Positions 41,216 through 50,802 are shown, counted from the stretch's first letter. The stretch is DNA of 64,000 bases from an uncultured Pelagibacteraceae bacterium (GCA_902571015.1 CACGAC010000006.1:3941-67940); one strand, 5' to 3'. Numbers and translations: made by a program. The notes: generated from the sequence alone by a model not told the origin.

Positions 41216-42367
41216 ATGGCTTTACATTTTTCAAAAGAAGAGTTTTCCTATAGAAAAAGTAAAGTATTAGACTCTATGCAAGAGCAAAATCTTGATGCTC
41301 TTTTGATGTTTAGACAAGAGTCCATGTATTGGTTGACTGGTTATGACACATTTGGTTATGTTTTTTTTCAATCATTAATTTTAGATAAAAGTGGAAATAT
41401 AGTATTACTGACAAGAGCCCCTGATTTAAGACAAGCTCAAAATACATCAAATATAAAGGATATCAGAATTTGGGTTGATAAAGATGGATCAAATCCAACA
41501 GATGATCTTAAAGCTATTTTGAATGAATTAAATCTTAAAGGAAAAAAGTTAGGAATTGAATATGAAGCTTATGGTCTAACTGGTCGTAATGCTCTTCGAT
41601 TAAATAAATCTTTAGAAAATTATTGTTCTCTTAAAGATAAATCAGACTTAATAACAAAATTACGAGTTGTAAAATCTAAAGAAGAAATTGTTTATGTCAA
41701 AAAAGCTGCTGAGCTTGCAGATAAAGCCTTGGACGAAGTATGGAAACATGCAAAATCTGGTGTTAGTGAATCTAAGATATTAGCAGAGATGAACAGAGTT
41801 ATATTTGAGGGTGGTGGAGATTTTCCTGCAAATGAATTTATAATTGGTTCTGGTAAAAACGCACTGCTTTGTCGTTATCAAGCAGAAAAACAAATTTTAA
41901 ACAAACAAGATCAATTAACTATTGAATGGGCCGGCACTTATAGACATTACCATTCTGCTATGTTTAGAACTATTCCTATTGGTAAAGCAGATCCTAAACA
42001 TCATAAAATGCATGAAGCATGTGTTGAAGCTCTCAAAAATTGTGAAAGTAAATTAAAACCTGGGAATAAAGTTGGAGAAGTTTTTGATATTCATGCAAAA
42101 ACATTTGATGAACTTGGTTTTAAAAAAGCACGAATGAACGCTTGTGGTTACTCATTAGGAAATACTTTTTCTCCAAACTGGATGGATTGGCCAATGCTTT
42201 ACACTAATAATCCTTATGTAATTCAGCCCGGAAATATATTTTTTATGCACATGATATTGATGGACTCTGAACACCAGTTAGCAATGAATTTAGGTGAAAC
42301 TTATTTAGTTACAGAAAATGGTAATGAAAGACTCGGTAAACAAAAGTTAGATTTGGTAGTACTTTAA
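41216..42367 (+). CDS. M24 (pita-bread) family hydrolase of the creatinase / ectoine hydrolase (EutD/DoeA)-like type
   Basis: Creatinase N-domain (MYWLTGY) plus M24 domain; canonical prolidase metal ligands are replaced. Confidence 0.8.
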   Translation: MALHFSKEEFSYRKSKVLDSMQEQNLDALLMFRQESMYWLTGYDTFGYVFFQSLILDKSGNIVLLTRAPDLRQAQNTSNIKDIRIWVDKDGSNPTDDLKAILNELNLKGKKLGIEYEAYGLTGRNALRLNKSLENYCSLKDKSDLITKLRVVKSKEEIVYVKKAAELADKALDEVWKHAKSGVSESKILAEMNRVIFEGGGDFPANEFIIGSGKNALLCRYQAEKQILNKQDQLTIEWAGTYRHYHSAMFRTIPIGKADPKHHKMHEACVEALKNCESKLKPGNKVGEVFDIHAKTFDELGFKKARMNACGYSLGNTFSPNWMDWPMLYTNNPYVIQPGNIFFMHMILMDSEHQLAMNLGETYLVTENGNERLGKQKLDLVVL

Positions 42368-43038
42368 TTAAAACTATATTTTTTTTCCAAAAATTTTATT
42401 ACGTTGTGGATAATAAAAGTCATAAATAGATAAATTCCACCAGCAACTATAAATACCTCAATGGGCTTAAAAGTCGTTGAGATTATATATTTTGCAACAC
42501 CTGTAAGATCCATAATTGTAACTGTACTCGCTAAAGAAGTTCCTTTCATCATCAAGATAATTTCATTTCCATAAGCTGGTAAAGATTGTCTGATAGCGAT
42601 AGGTATCTGAATTTTATAAAAGATTACTTTATTCGATATGCCCAAACTTTTACCTGCCTCTATTATTCCAGGTTTAATTGTTTGAAATGCTGATCTTAAT
42701 ATCTCTGAAGTGTAAGCACCCGTGTTTAGAGCAAAAGCAATAATTGCACACCAGTATGGTTCTTTTAAAATTGCCCATAAAACTGTCGATCTTAAGTATT
42801 CAATCTGACCCAATCCAAAATAAATTATAAAAATTTGTACTAAAAGTGGAGTACCTCTAAAAACATACGAATATCCATAAGCAAATCTATTAATAAATAT
42901 ATTTTTATTTAATCTGAGAATTGCAAAAAATAAGCCAATGAATAATCCAATTATTAAAGAAACTGAAAGAAGTTTTAAAGTTATTAAAGCAGCATTAAGT
43001 AACTTTGGGAAACTATTAATCATCAATTCAAGATCCAT
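42364..43038 (-). CDS. Polar amino-acid ABC permease (HisM/OccM-like)
   Basis: FRGTPLLVQ, AYTSEILR, LMMKGTSLAS. Confidence 0.92.
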   Translation of the reverse strand: MDLELMINSFPKLLNAALITLKLLSVSLIIGLFIGLFFAILRLNKNIFINRFAYGYSYVFRGTPLLVQIFIIYFGLGQIEYLRSTVLWAILKEPYWCAIIAFALNTGAYTSEILRSAFQTIKPGIIEAGKSLGISNKVIFYKIQIPIAIRQSLPAYGNEIILMMKGTSLASTVTIMDLTGVAKYIISTTFKPIEVFIVAGGIYLFMTFIIHNVIKFLEKKYSFN

Positions 43039-43730
43039 CAATACCCCCTACTATATTTGACTTCTAATCTATTGATCAATTTCATGCTCACAAAAGTAAG
43101 TAATAAATACAAAACTGCAGCAAATGAATAAAAGAATAATGGATCTCTCGTTGATCCAGCAGCAATATAAGATTGTCTCATGATTTCAACTAAGCCTGTA
43201 ACTGAAATTAGAGAAGTGTCTTTGAGCGTTATTTGCCAAACATTACTTAGATTTGGAATAGCTAACCTTAATGTTTGAGGTAAAATAATTTTAAAAAATT
43301 TTCCATATTTATTTAGACCCAACACATTGGCAGCTTCGAACTGACCCTTATCAATTGATTGTATTGCCCCTCTAAAAACCTCTGTTGAATAAGCGCCAGA
43401 GATTATCCCAATTGCAAAAGCACCAGTAATAAATGCATTTATTTCAATATATTCATTATAACCAAATATTGATGCAACAAACATAACTGCACCTGTTCCA
43501 CCAAAAAAGAAAAGATAAATTACTAATAATTCCGGAACACCTCTTATTATAGTTGTGTAAGAGTTGGCGATAAAATTTAAAAACTTATTTTTAGATAATT
43601 TTAATGGAGTGAAGATTAATGCAAAAAGAAAACCTATAAACATTGCTGTTATTGAAACAGCTATGGTCATCAGGGTTGCATAAAATAATTCATCACCCCA
43701 ACCAGTATCTCCAAATGCTAGAAGTTCCAT
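43038..43730 (-). CDS. Polar amino-acid ABC permease (HisQ/OccQ-like)
   Basis: IRGVPELL, AYSTEVFRGA, GQFEAA, LKDTSLIS. Confidence 0.92.
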   Translation of the reverse strand: MELLAFGDTGWGDELFYATLMTIAVSITAMFIGFLFALIFTPLKLSKNKFLNFIANSYTTIIRGVPELLVIYLFFFGGTGAVMFVASIFGYNEYIEINAFITGAFAIGIISGAYSTEVFRGAIQSIDKGQFEAANVLGLNKYGKFFKIILPQTLRLAIPNLSNVWQITLKDTSLISVTGLVEIMRQSYIAAGSTRDPLFFYSFAAVLYLLLTFVSMKLINRLEVKYSRGY

Positions 43731-43732
43731 AC

Positions 43733-43766
43733 AGATTGGCGACTATACATGATAGTCGCCAAATCT
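43733..43766 (-). other. Intercistronic stem-loop between binding-protein and permease genes (no U-tract)
   Basis: TTGGCGACTAT (43736-46) / ATAGTCGCCAA (43752-62), 5-nt loop, extendable by AGA/TCT across one bulge. Confidence 0.7.
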
Positions 43767-43775
43767 AAAATTTAA

Positions 43776-44603
43776 TTACATAGAAGCGTCGAAACCAAAC
43801 CACTTAGTAGCAATTCTACTAATGTCTCCGTTTTTTCTCGCTTTATTGATAGCGGCGTTAAACTTTTTTAAAAGTTCAGTATCATCTTTTCTAATACCTA
43901 CCCCAACACCATTTCCAAATGCACCACCAGAGAAAGTTGGTCCAGTTAGAACAACTGGCTTACCAGATTTTTCTGCATAATCACTGAATGCAACAGCAGC
44001 AGCTAATGCAGCATCACATCTTCCAGATGCTAAATCTAGGTTAACTTCATCCTGTGTTTTATAAGTTCTTACATTTACTTTTCCTACATCACCAGAGTCT
44101 AAAAAGTTTTGGTGAATTGTAGCAGTTTGCACACATACAGTTTTACCTGCTAATGCAGCAGTAAGTGTTTTAAGATCTTTTTTAGCTGCAGCATTTGGTT
44201 TAGTAAGATTTATCCCTGCAGATGTATCTAAACCTTCTAGGCTAGATCCTTTCATGACTGCTAAAGATGCAACCTCATCTGCATATCCTTGAGAAAAGCT
44301 AATAGCTTTTTGTCTTTCTGCAGTAATTGACATACCTGCCATTATTGCATCAAACTTTCTCATGATTAGAGCTGGAATCATTCCGTCCCAATCTTGCTCA
44401 ACTATTACACATTGCTGTCCAATGTATCTACATAGCGTGTAAGCTAATTCAACTTCAAAACCGATTAACTTACCTGCTTCATTTTTTGAGTTCCATGGAG
44501 GATAAGCACCCTCTGTTCCAATTCTTATTTTATCAGCATTAACATTCCCCATTACCAATAAAGAGAGTAAAACTGAAAAAATAGTTTTCTTGAATATATT
44601 CAT
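43776..44603 (-). CDS. Polar amino-acid (Lys/Arg/Orn/opine-type) ABC substrate-binding protein
   Basis: IGTEGAYPPWN, WDGMIPAL, SITAERQK, VQTATIH. Confidence 0.9.
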   Translation of the reverse strand: MNIFKKTIFSVLLSLLVMGNVNADKIRIGTEGAYPPWNSKNEAGKLIGFEVELAYTLCRYIGQQCVIVEQDWDGMIPALIMRKFDAIMAGMSITAERQKAISFSQGYADEVASLAVMKGSSLEGLDTSAGINLTKPNAAAKKDLKTLTAALAGKTVCVQTATIHQNFLDSGDVGKVNVRTYKTQDEVNLDLASGRCDAALAAAVAFSDYAEKSGKPVVLTGPTFSGGAFGNGVGVGIRKDDTELLKKFNAAINKARKNGDISRIATKWFGFDASM

Positions 44604-44664
44604 TGTTATCTCCTTTAATAAAAAAAATAGTATTTCACAGATTGTTGATATTAAAAAGAAAAAA

Positions 44665-45705
44665 TTAATGATTTATCGATGAAGAAAAATTCCAAGAACA
44701 ATCAAAGCTAGGTATGTAAACCCTGGATAAATTAGTGTTTCCAAAATGATGGTTAAATACATTTGACCAATTTTCAACTTGAAGAGGTTTTTTATCTTGG
44801 CTACCAACTTGAGCAGTTATAACTCCTTTAGGTTTAAGTATTCTCACTAAGGAGTCCATATTTTTAGCAGCAAGATCTATACAAAACTGATCATCATTTA
44901 AATCAACAAAAATATGATCGTAGGTATCTTCATTTACTGTTTTTATACTTTCGAACGCATCACCCCACACACATTTTACAGAATTCTTTTCTGTAGATTT
45001 TTTTCCTATATCACCAAGATGTTTATTACAAACTTCTACAACTTCTGGATCTAATTCGTACCAATCTATAAAATTAAACTTCTTTGAAATACATTCTCTT
45101 GCAACACCACCATCGCCACCACCAATTATTGCTGCTCTTTCATTTTTTTTATTTAATTTCAGACCTGCTCCAACAAAAGTTGAGCTATACAAATGTTCAT
45201 CCGAAGCAGCAACTTGTATTTCACCATCAATAAATAAAGATTTTCCAAATTGTTCTAACTCTAAAATTTCAATGTGTTGTCCAACTTTAGATTTAAAATC
45301 TTCTAAAACGTCATTTACAACATATGATTTTTGTAATCCAGGTGAACTATAAATATCATGGTAAAGAGATCTGGTATCTCTATTAAATTCTTTTTTAACA
45401 ATTCTTTTATGTTCAAATTCTTTTTTAACAATATCGATTGCTACCGATGGACTTATTTTTCCACAGGTAAAAAAATCAAAACTTATTATTCCATTTTCTG
45501 GAAATGTATGAAAACTGATATGACTTTCGGCCAATAAAGCTAAAATAGTAAAACCCTGAGGTTCAAATTTATATTTAGAAATATTTAAAATAGTTACATT
45601 GGCTGCTTTAGCTATTTTATGTATTACTTTTTCAAAAACTGTAGGATCGTACTCTTTTGTAGTACCTATAATATCTAAAGTAATATGCTCCCCAACTTTA
45701 ATCAT
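44665..45705 (-). CDS. S-adenosylmethionine decarboxylase / spermidine synthase fusion (SpeD-SpeE)
   Basis: N-domain LLAESHISFHTFPE with pyruvoyl self-cleavage site and DFFTCG. C-domain LFIDGEIQ, IGGGDGG, ELDPEVV, GDA. Confidence 0.9.
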   Translation of the reverse strand: MIKVGEHITLDIIGTTKEYDPTVFEKVIHKIAKAANVTILNISKYKFEPQGFTILALLAESHISFHTFPENGIISFDFFTCGKISPSVAIDIVKKEFEHKRIVKKEFNRDTRSLYHDIYSSPGLQKSYVVNDVLEDFKSKVGQHIEILELEQFGKSLFIDGEIQVAASDEHLYSSTFVGAGLKLNKKNERAAIIGGGDGGVARECISKKFNFIDWYELDPEVVEVCNKHLGDIGKKSTEKNSVKCVWGDAFESIKTVNEDTYDHIFVDLNDDQFCIDLAAKNMDSLVRILKPKGVITAQVGSQDKKPLQVENWSNVFNHHFGNTNLSRVYIPSFDCSWNFSSSINH

Positions 45706-45706
45706 C

Positions 45707-46360
45707 TTACCCTTTTTTATAGTTTTTAGCCTTATCTAAAACTTTTTTCATTTCTTCAAATGAAAGTATTTTAGGTTGCCCTAATTTTAAAGCAATAGTG
45801 TATTGATGACAAATATTTTCTATCTCTTGTGCGAGTTCAAATGCATCCTCTAAATTATTTCCAAAAGCAACCTGCCCGTGATTAGACATTAAGCAAGCAT
45901 TTCTATTCTCTAAGGCTTTAATTACATTTTTAGACAACTCTTCAGTTCCAAAAGTCGCGTATTCAGCACATTTAATGTCATCTCCTCCTGCAAGAGCAAT
46001 CATGTAATGAAAAGGTGGAATGGGTTTTCCATGTGAAGATACAGCCGTTGCGTGTGGAGAATGAGCATGAACAATGGCATGTGCCTCTTTTTTATTTCTA
46101 TAAATATCTCGATGAAATCTCCATTCAGACGATGGTTTTTTAGTTTGGTCGTTTTTTTCATCTTCATTTAAACCCATAAAAACAATGTCTTCAGGTTTTA
46201 ATGTTTCATATTTTTTCCCTGATGGGGTAATTAAGTATCCCTCTATATCATTCTCCATTCCTCTTAATGATATATTGCCAGATCTAAGAGGTGAGAGATT
46301 TGTAGAATTTAATTTTAGTGAATATTCAATAATTTGATTTCTTTGATCTAAATTCTTCAT
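45707..46360 (-). CDS. Class II aldolase (FucA/Ald2-like), likely 5-methylthioribulose/5-deoxyribulose-1-phosphate aldolase
   Basis: GNIS, ITPSG, PSSEWRFH, HAHS, FHYMIALAGG, YATFGT, NHG. Confidence 0.8.
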   Translation of the reverse strand: MKNLDQRNQIIEYSLKLNSTNLSPLRSGNISLRGMENDIEGYLITPSGKKYETLKPEDIVFMGLNEDEKNDQTKKPSSEWRFHRDIYRNKKEAHAIVHAHSPHATAVSSHGKPIPPFHYMIALAGGDDIKCAEYATFGTEELSKNVIKALENRNACLMSNHGQVAFGNNLEDAFELAQEIENICHQYTIALKLGQPKILSFEEMKKVLDKAKNYKKG

Positions 46361-47427
46361 TTAAATAACTCTTTAAGTCCTTTTTCCGATGCTTCGCACA
46401 CACCTTTTTCAGTAATTAATCCCGTAACATATTTTGCAGGAGTTACATCAAAAGCTAAATTCATAGCTTTACTTTTTTTTGGATATATTTGAATCTTTTT
46501 AATATCTCCTTTTTCATCTAAACCTTCCATATGAGATAATTCATCTGAATTTCTCTCTTCAATTGGAATATCTTTATGATCTTTTATATTCCAATCAATT
46601 GTTGAACTTGGAAGTGCAACATAAAAAGGAATCTTGTTATCATAAGCTGCTAGTGCTTTAAGATAAGTTCCAACTTTATTACAAACATCTCCATTGGCTA
46701 AAGTTCTGTCTGTTCCAACAATACACATGTCAACTTCACCTCTTTGCATTAGTATGCCACCTGTATTATCTGCAATAATTGTGTTTTTAATTCCTTCTTC
46801 ATTTAATTCATAAGATGTAAGATTTGCTCCTTGATTTCTTGGTCTAGTTTCATCTGCCCACACATGAACAGGAATTCCTTTTTTATGTGCATGATAGATC
46901 GGAGAAGTTGCGGTCCCCCAATTTATTGTTGCAAGCCATCCTGCATTACAATGGGTTAATATATTAACTGTATCTTTTTTTTTATTATAGATTTCTTCAA
47001 CAATTTTTAGTCCATTTAATCCTATATTTTCACAAAATTTTATATCCTCTTCACATATATCTTTTGCTTCATTCAAGGCTATTTCTAAAATTTTATCACT
47101 ATTAACACCTGATAATTTCTTCATCATTCTATCAACGGCCCACTTTAAATTGATTGCTGTTGGTCTTGAACTAATTAAATCCCCTGCGGATTTCTTTAAA
47201 AATGACTGTTCATTATTTTCAATAATAGCTAAAACCATTCCATAAGCTGCCGTAGCTCCTATTAAAGGTGCACCTCTTACTTCCATTACTTTAATCGCAT
47301 TAATTGAGTCCTTAACCGTTTTAAGATCTTTTATTACGAATTGGTGTGGAAGTTTTGTCTGATCAATAATCTTCACAACATTATTTTCAAACCAAATAGT
47401 ACGATATTCTTTTCCCTCTATTCTCAT
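46357..47427 (-). CDS. mtnA: S-methyl-5-thioribose-1-phosphate isomerase
   Basis: DQTKLP, VRGAPLIG, RPTAINL, LTHCNAGWLAT, ETRP..QG, NKVGTY. Confidence 0.95.
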   Translation of the reverse strand: MRIEGKEYRTIWFENNVVKIIDQTKLPHQFVIKDLKTVKDSINAIKVMEVRGAPLIGATAAYGMVLAIIENNEQSFLKKSAGDLISSRPTAINLKWAVDRMMKKLSGVNSDKILEIALNEAKDICEEDIKFCENIGLNGLKIVEEIYNKKKDTVNILTHCNAGWLATINWGTATSPIYHAHKKGIPVHVWADETRPRNQGANLTSYELNEEGIKNTIIADNTGGILMQRGEVDMCIVGTDRTLANGDVCNKVGTYLKALAAYDNKIPFYVALPSSTIDWNIKDHKDIPIEERNSDELSHMEGLDEKGDIKKIQIYPKKSKAMNLAFDVTPAKYVTGLITEKGVCEASEKGLKELFK

Positions 47428-48296
47428 TTATTTAAAACTCTACCAGCAACAGTTTTAAGTTTTTCTATTGTCTTTTTTGTTCTTTTTTCAGGTGCTGTGA
47501 TAATAGCTACATCCAAACAATTATTAGTTGGATCATTAGGATCAATGTGATCTTCAAAATTTTCAATTAAATTTTTAATCATGTTTTTTGCTTTAGCAGC
47601 ATTACCTAATAAAACTTTTACTACTTGCTGAACGTCAACGTTTTCATGATCAGGATGCCAACAATCATAGTCTGTGACCATCGAAACAGATGCATATCTT
47701 ATCTCTGCCTCTCTAGCTAATTTTGCCTCTGGCATATTAGTCATTCCGATTACATCTGCTTTCCAAGATCTATATAAGTTTGACTCTGCTAATGTTGAAA
47801 ATTGAGGACCTTCCATTACTACATATGTGCCATTTCTCTGATATTCAATTTTTTCTTTTTTTATTGCCTCTTCACATGCATTCATCAAACCATTGGATGT
47901 AGGATGAGCCATAGAAACGTGAGCAACAATTTCATCATCAAAAAATGTCTTCTCTCTTGCAAATGTCCGATCAATGAATTGGTCTACAATAACAAATTTT
48001 CCTGGAGGCAAATCTTCTTTTAAAGATCCAACTGCTGATACTGATACAATGTCCGTTACACCCAATTGTTTAAGAGCATCAATATTTGCTTTAAAATTTA
48101 TTTTTGAGGGAGAAATAAAATGACCTCTTCCGTGTCTTGGTAAGAAATAAACTTCTTTATTATTATAGTTGGTTTTTAAAATTTGGTCTGAGGGTTTTCC
48201 CCAAGGACTATCTAAATCTAAAAATTCTCTATTTTTGAACTCTTCAACATCATATAAACCGCTGCCACCAATAATTGCTAATTTACTTATTGTCAT
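47424..48296 (-). CDS. mtnP: S-methyl-5'-thioadenosine phosphorylase
   Basis: IIGGSGLY, LPRHG, GPQFST.AES, VIGMT..PEAKLAREAEI, VTDYDCWH. Confidence 0.95.
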   Translation of the reverse strand: MTISKLAIIGGSGLYDVEEFKNREFLDLDSPWGKPSDQILKTNYNNKEVYFLPRHGRGHFISPSKINFKANIDALKQLGVTDIVSVSAVGSLKEDLPPGKFVIVDQFIDRTFAREKTFFDDEIVAHVSMAHPTSNGLMNACEEAIKKEKIEYQRNGTYVVMEGPQFSTLAESNLYRSWKADVIGMTNMPEAKLAREAEIRYASVSMVTDYDCWHPDHENVDVQQVVKVLLGNAAKAKNMIKNLIENFEDHIDPNDPTNNCLDVAIITAPEKRTKKTIEKLKTVAGRVLNK

Positions 48297-48337
48297 ATTA
48301 TAAAATTAATTTATTTATACTTTTATAAATTACTCTT

Positions 48338-48865
48338 ATGAATTTAAAAGACTTTATTAGATCTATTCCAGATTATCCAAAAAAAGGTATTTTATTTAGA
48401 GATATCACAACTCTAATTAAAAATGAAAAAGCTTTTTCAGAAACAATTGATCAAATCATAGAAAGATCAGAAAAAACGAAATTTAATAAGATAGCTGCAA
48501 TTGAGTCTAGAGGATTTGTATTTGCTTCGGCAGTTTCTTATATTTTAAAAAAACCCTTTATAATGTTTAGAAAGAAAGACAAGTTGCCAGCAGACGTGCA
48601 TTCAGTTGACTTTGAACTTGAATACGGAAAAGCTACCATCGAGGTTCACAAAGACTCGATTAATGAGGGAGACTCTATTTTGATTATTGATGATCTAATT
48701 GCAACTGGTGGCACAGCAAATGCTGCGGCTAAACTTGTAGAAATTTCTAATGGAAAAGTTGCTGGATTTATTTTTGTTATAAATCTATTTGATCTTAATG
48801 GTTCAGACAATTTAATTAAAAAAGGATACCAAGTAGAAAACTTAATTGATTTCCCTGGTCATTAG
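48338..48865 (+). CDS. apt: Adenine phosphoribosyltransferase
   Basis: IPDYPKKGILFRDIT, ESRGF, LEYG, IDDLIATGGT. Confidence 0.97.
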   Translation: MNLKDFIRSIPDYPKKGILFRDITTLIKNEKAFSETIDQIIERSEKTKFNKIAAIESRGFVFASAVSYILKKPFIMFRKKDKLPADVHSVDFELEYGKATIEVHKDSINEGDSILIIDDLIATGGTANAAAKLVEISNGKVAGFIFVINLFDLNGSDNLIKKGYQVENLIDFPGH

Positions 48866-48870
48866 ATTTT

Positions 48871-49734
48871 TTAAAATTTAGGTCTATAATAAGAATTTTT
48901 TCCCATCATAGAACTAATTAGTCCTAATAATCTCATTCCATATATTTTTCTTTTAAAGGTATTCAAAGTAATTAAATAATAAAAATATTTTATTTTTGCT
49001 GAAATCAGGTTTTTAAAAACCTTTAATAAAGCAATTGAATAACCATAATGTTTCTTATTAAAATAGAATTTTGACCACATCCAATGCCAATTTCTTAAAT
49101 ATTCAATTTCACTTTGATACTTTGGATCTACAGCTTTTCCTCCTAAATGATGGATTTTTGATTTTGGTACCACATAAATGTTCTCACCATTATCCTTCAG
49201 TCGCTTACACAAATCCTCATTTTCAAGATATAAAAAAAAATTTTCATCGAAAAAATCAAAATCAATTAATTTTTTTAAATTTAATAGCATTGCATATCCA
49301 TCAACACTTTTTACTGCGAAAGGCTTAGTTGAATCAAATTTATAACCCTTTCCTAGAACATAATTTGGGTATTCAATTTTGCTTGAAATAGGAGCAATTA
49401 TTCCAAAGTCATCAATTTCTTTTGAGACTGCAAATATCTCATCAAGAGTATCATTTTCTAAAGTAACATCTGGGTTTAATATAAGCACAAAATCTTTATT
49501 AACATTTTTGATGCCTAAATTATTTCCTGCACCCATACCTAAATTTTCTTTTGATAAAATGCATTTAACATTATTATATCTTGTTTCAATTTTTTTTTTA
49601 AAATCTTCACTGTTTGAATTATCAATAACAATTATTTCAATCCTACTATCAATTGAATTAATACAATTTTCAATAACATGCTCACTTTTATAACTAACGA
49701 TTATCACAGAAAGATTTTGCCTAGTTATTGACAT
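48871..49734 (-). CDS. Glycosyltransferase family 2 (possible rhamnosyltransferase-like)
   Basis: VIIVSY, VIDN, NLGMGAGNN, LNPD, FDENFFLY. Start moved to ATG 49734. Confidence 0.88.
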   Translation of the reverse strand: MSITRQNLSVIIVSYKSEHVIENCINSIDSRIEIIVIDNSNSEDFKKKIETRYNNVKCILSKENLGMGAGNNLGIKNVNKDFVLILNPDVTLENDTLDEIFAVSKEIDDFGIIAPISSKIEYPNYVLGKGYKFDSTKPFAVKSVDGYAMLLNLKKLIDFDFFDENFFLYLENEDLCKRLKDNGENIYVVPKSKIHHLGGKAVDPKYQSEIEYLRNWHWMWSKFYFNKKHYGYSIALLKVFKNLISAKIKYFYYLITLNTFKRKIYGMRLLGLISSMMGKNSYYRPKF

Positions 49735-49788
49735 AATATATATATACTCGAGTATACTAAAATTTGTTTTTAATGTAAAAATCAAAAA

Positions 49789-50802
49789 ATGAAAAAAATC
49801 ATAGTTACTGGTGGTTTAGGATTTATAGGAAGTAATCTAATAGAGCTATTATTAAAAAAAAATTTTTTTGTTATTAATATTGATAAATGTACTTATTCAT
49901 CAAATTTCTATAACACTAAAGACTTCATTAAATCTAGAAAATATAAGTTTTTGAAGCTAGATATCGCTAGCAATAAAATTTGTAAAGTATTTGCAAATTA
50001 TAAACCAGTAGGTATTTTTAATTTAGCTGCTGAAACTCATGTAGATAGATCAATAGATAGTCCAGATGATTTTATCAAAAGCAATATTGTGGGTGTATAC
50101 AATTTGCTAGAATGTTTTAAAAATTTTTCAAAAAAAAATAGATCTAAATTAATTCATATTTCTACTGATGAAGTTTATGGTGATATTTCTAAAGGGAGAA
50201 CTGATGAGAAATATGCTTATCAACCAAGCTCACCATATGCTGCTTCTAAAGCTGCCTCTGATCATCTGGTAAGCTCATATATAAGAACTTATAATTTACC
50301 TGCTATGGTAACGAATTGTTCAAATAATTATGGACCAAAGCAACATCCTGAAAAATTAATTCCAAAACTTATTTATAATATTATGAATAATAGACCTCTT
50401 CCAATATACGGCAATGGAACTCATTCTAGAGAATGGATTTACGTAAAAGATCATTGTGAAGCATTAATTAAAGTTTTTCTAAAAGGTAAAGTTGGAAATT
50501 TTTATAATATCGGATCTAACAAAAACTTAAATAATCTTCAAGTTGCTCAAAAACTTTTAAATAATTCAAAAAAAATAATTAAATTGGGTAAAAAGGTAAA
50601 GATCCAGTTTATTAAAGACCGTCCTGGCCATGATATTAGGTACGCATTAAACAGTAACAAAATTAAAAGAGAGCTTAAATGGTATCCAAAAATAAATTTT
50701 TCAAAGGGACTTCAATTAACACTTGATTGGTATTTTGAAAATAAATCATATTATAAATCTCTTTCAAAAAAAGATATTTTAAATAGATTGGGTAAAAAAT
50801 GA
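49789..50802 (+). CDS. rfbB: dTDP-glucose 4,6-dehydratase
   Basis: VTGGLGFIGS, LAAETHVDRSI, STDEVYG, YAASKA, NNYGP, DRPGHDIRY. Confidence 0.96.
   Translation: MKKIIVTGGLGFIGSNLIELLLKKNFFVINIDKCTYSSNFYNTKDFIKSRKYKFLKLDIASNKICKVFANYKPVGIFNLAAETHVDRSIDSPDDFIKSNIVGVYNLLECFKNFSKKNRSKLIHISTDEVYGDISKGRTDEKYAYQPSSPYAASKAASDHLVSSYIRTYNLPAMVTNCSNNYGPKQHPEKLIPKLIYNIMNNRPLPIYGNGTHSREWIYVKDHCEALIKVFLKGKVGNFYNIGSNKNLNNLQVAQKLLNNSKKIIKLGKKVKIQFIKDRPGHDIRYALNSNKIKRELKWYPKINFSKGLQLTLDWYFENKSYYKSLSKKDILNRLGKK

Noticed and set aside
41216-42367. DMSP lyase DddP or Xaa-Pro aminopeptidase
   Set aside because: Both need the dinuclear metal ligands, which are substituted here.
45707-46360. Calling the class II aldolase-fold protein MtnB (dehydratase)
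   Set aside because: Motifs are FucA/Ald2-like, and no mtnC/mtnD partners are in the cluster.
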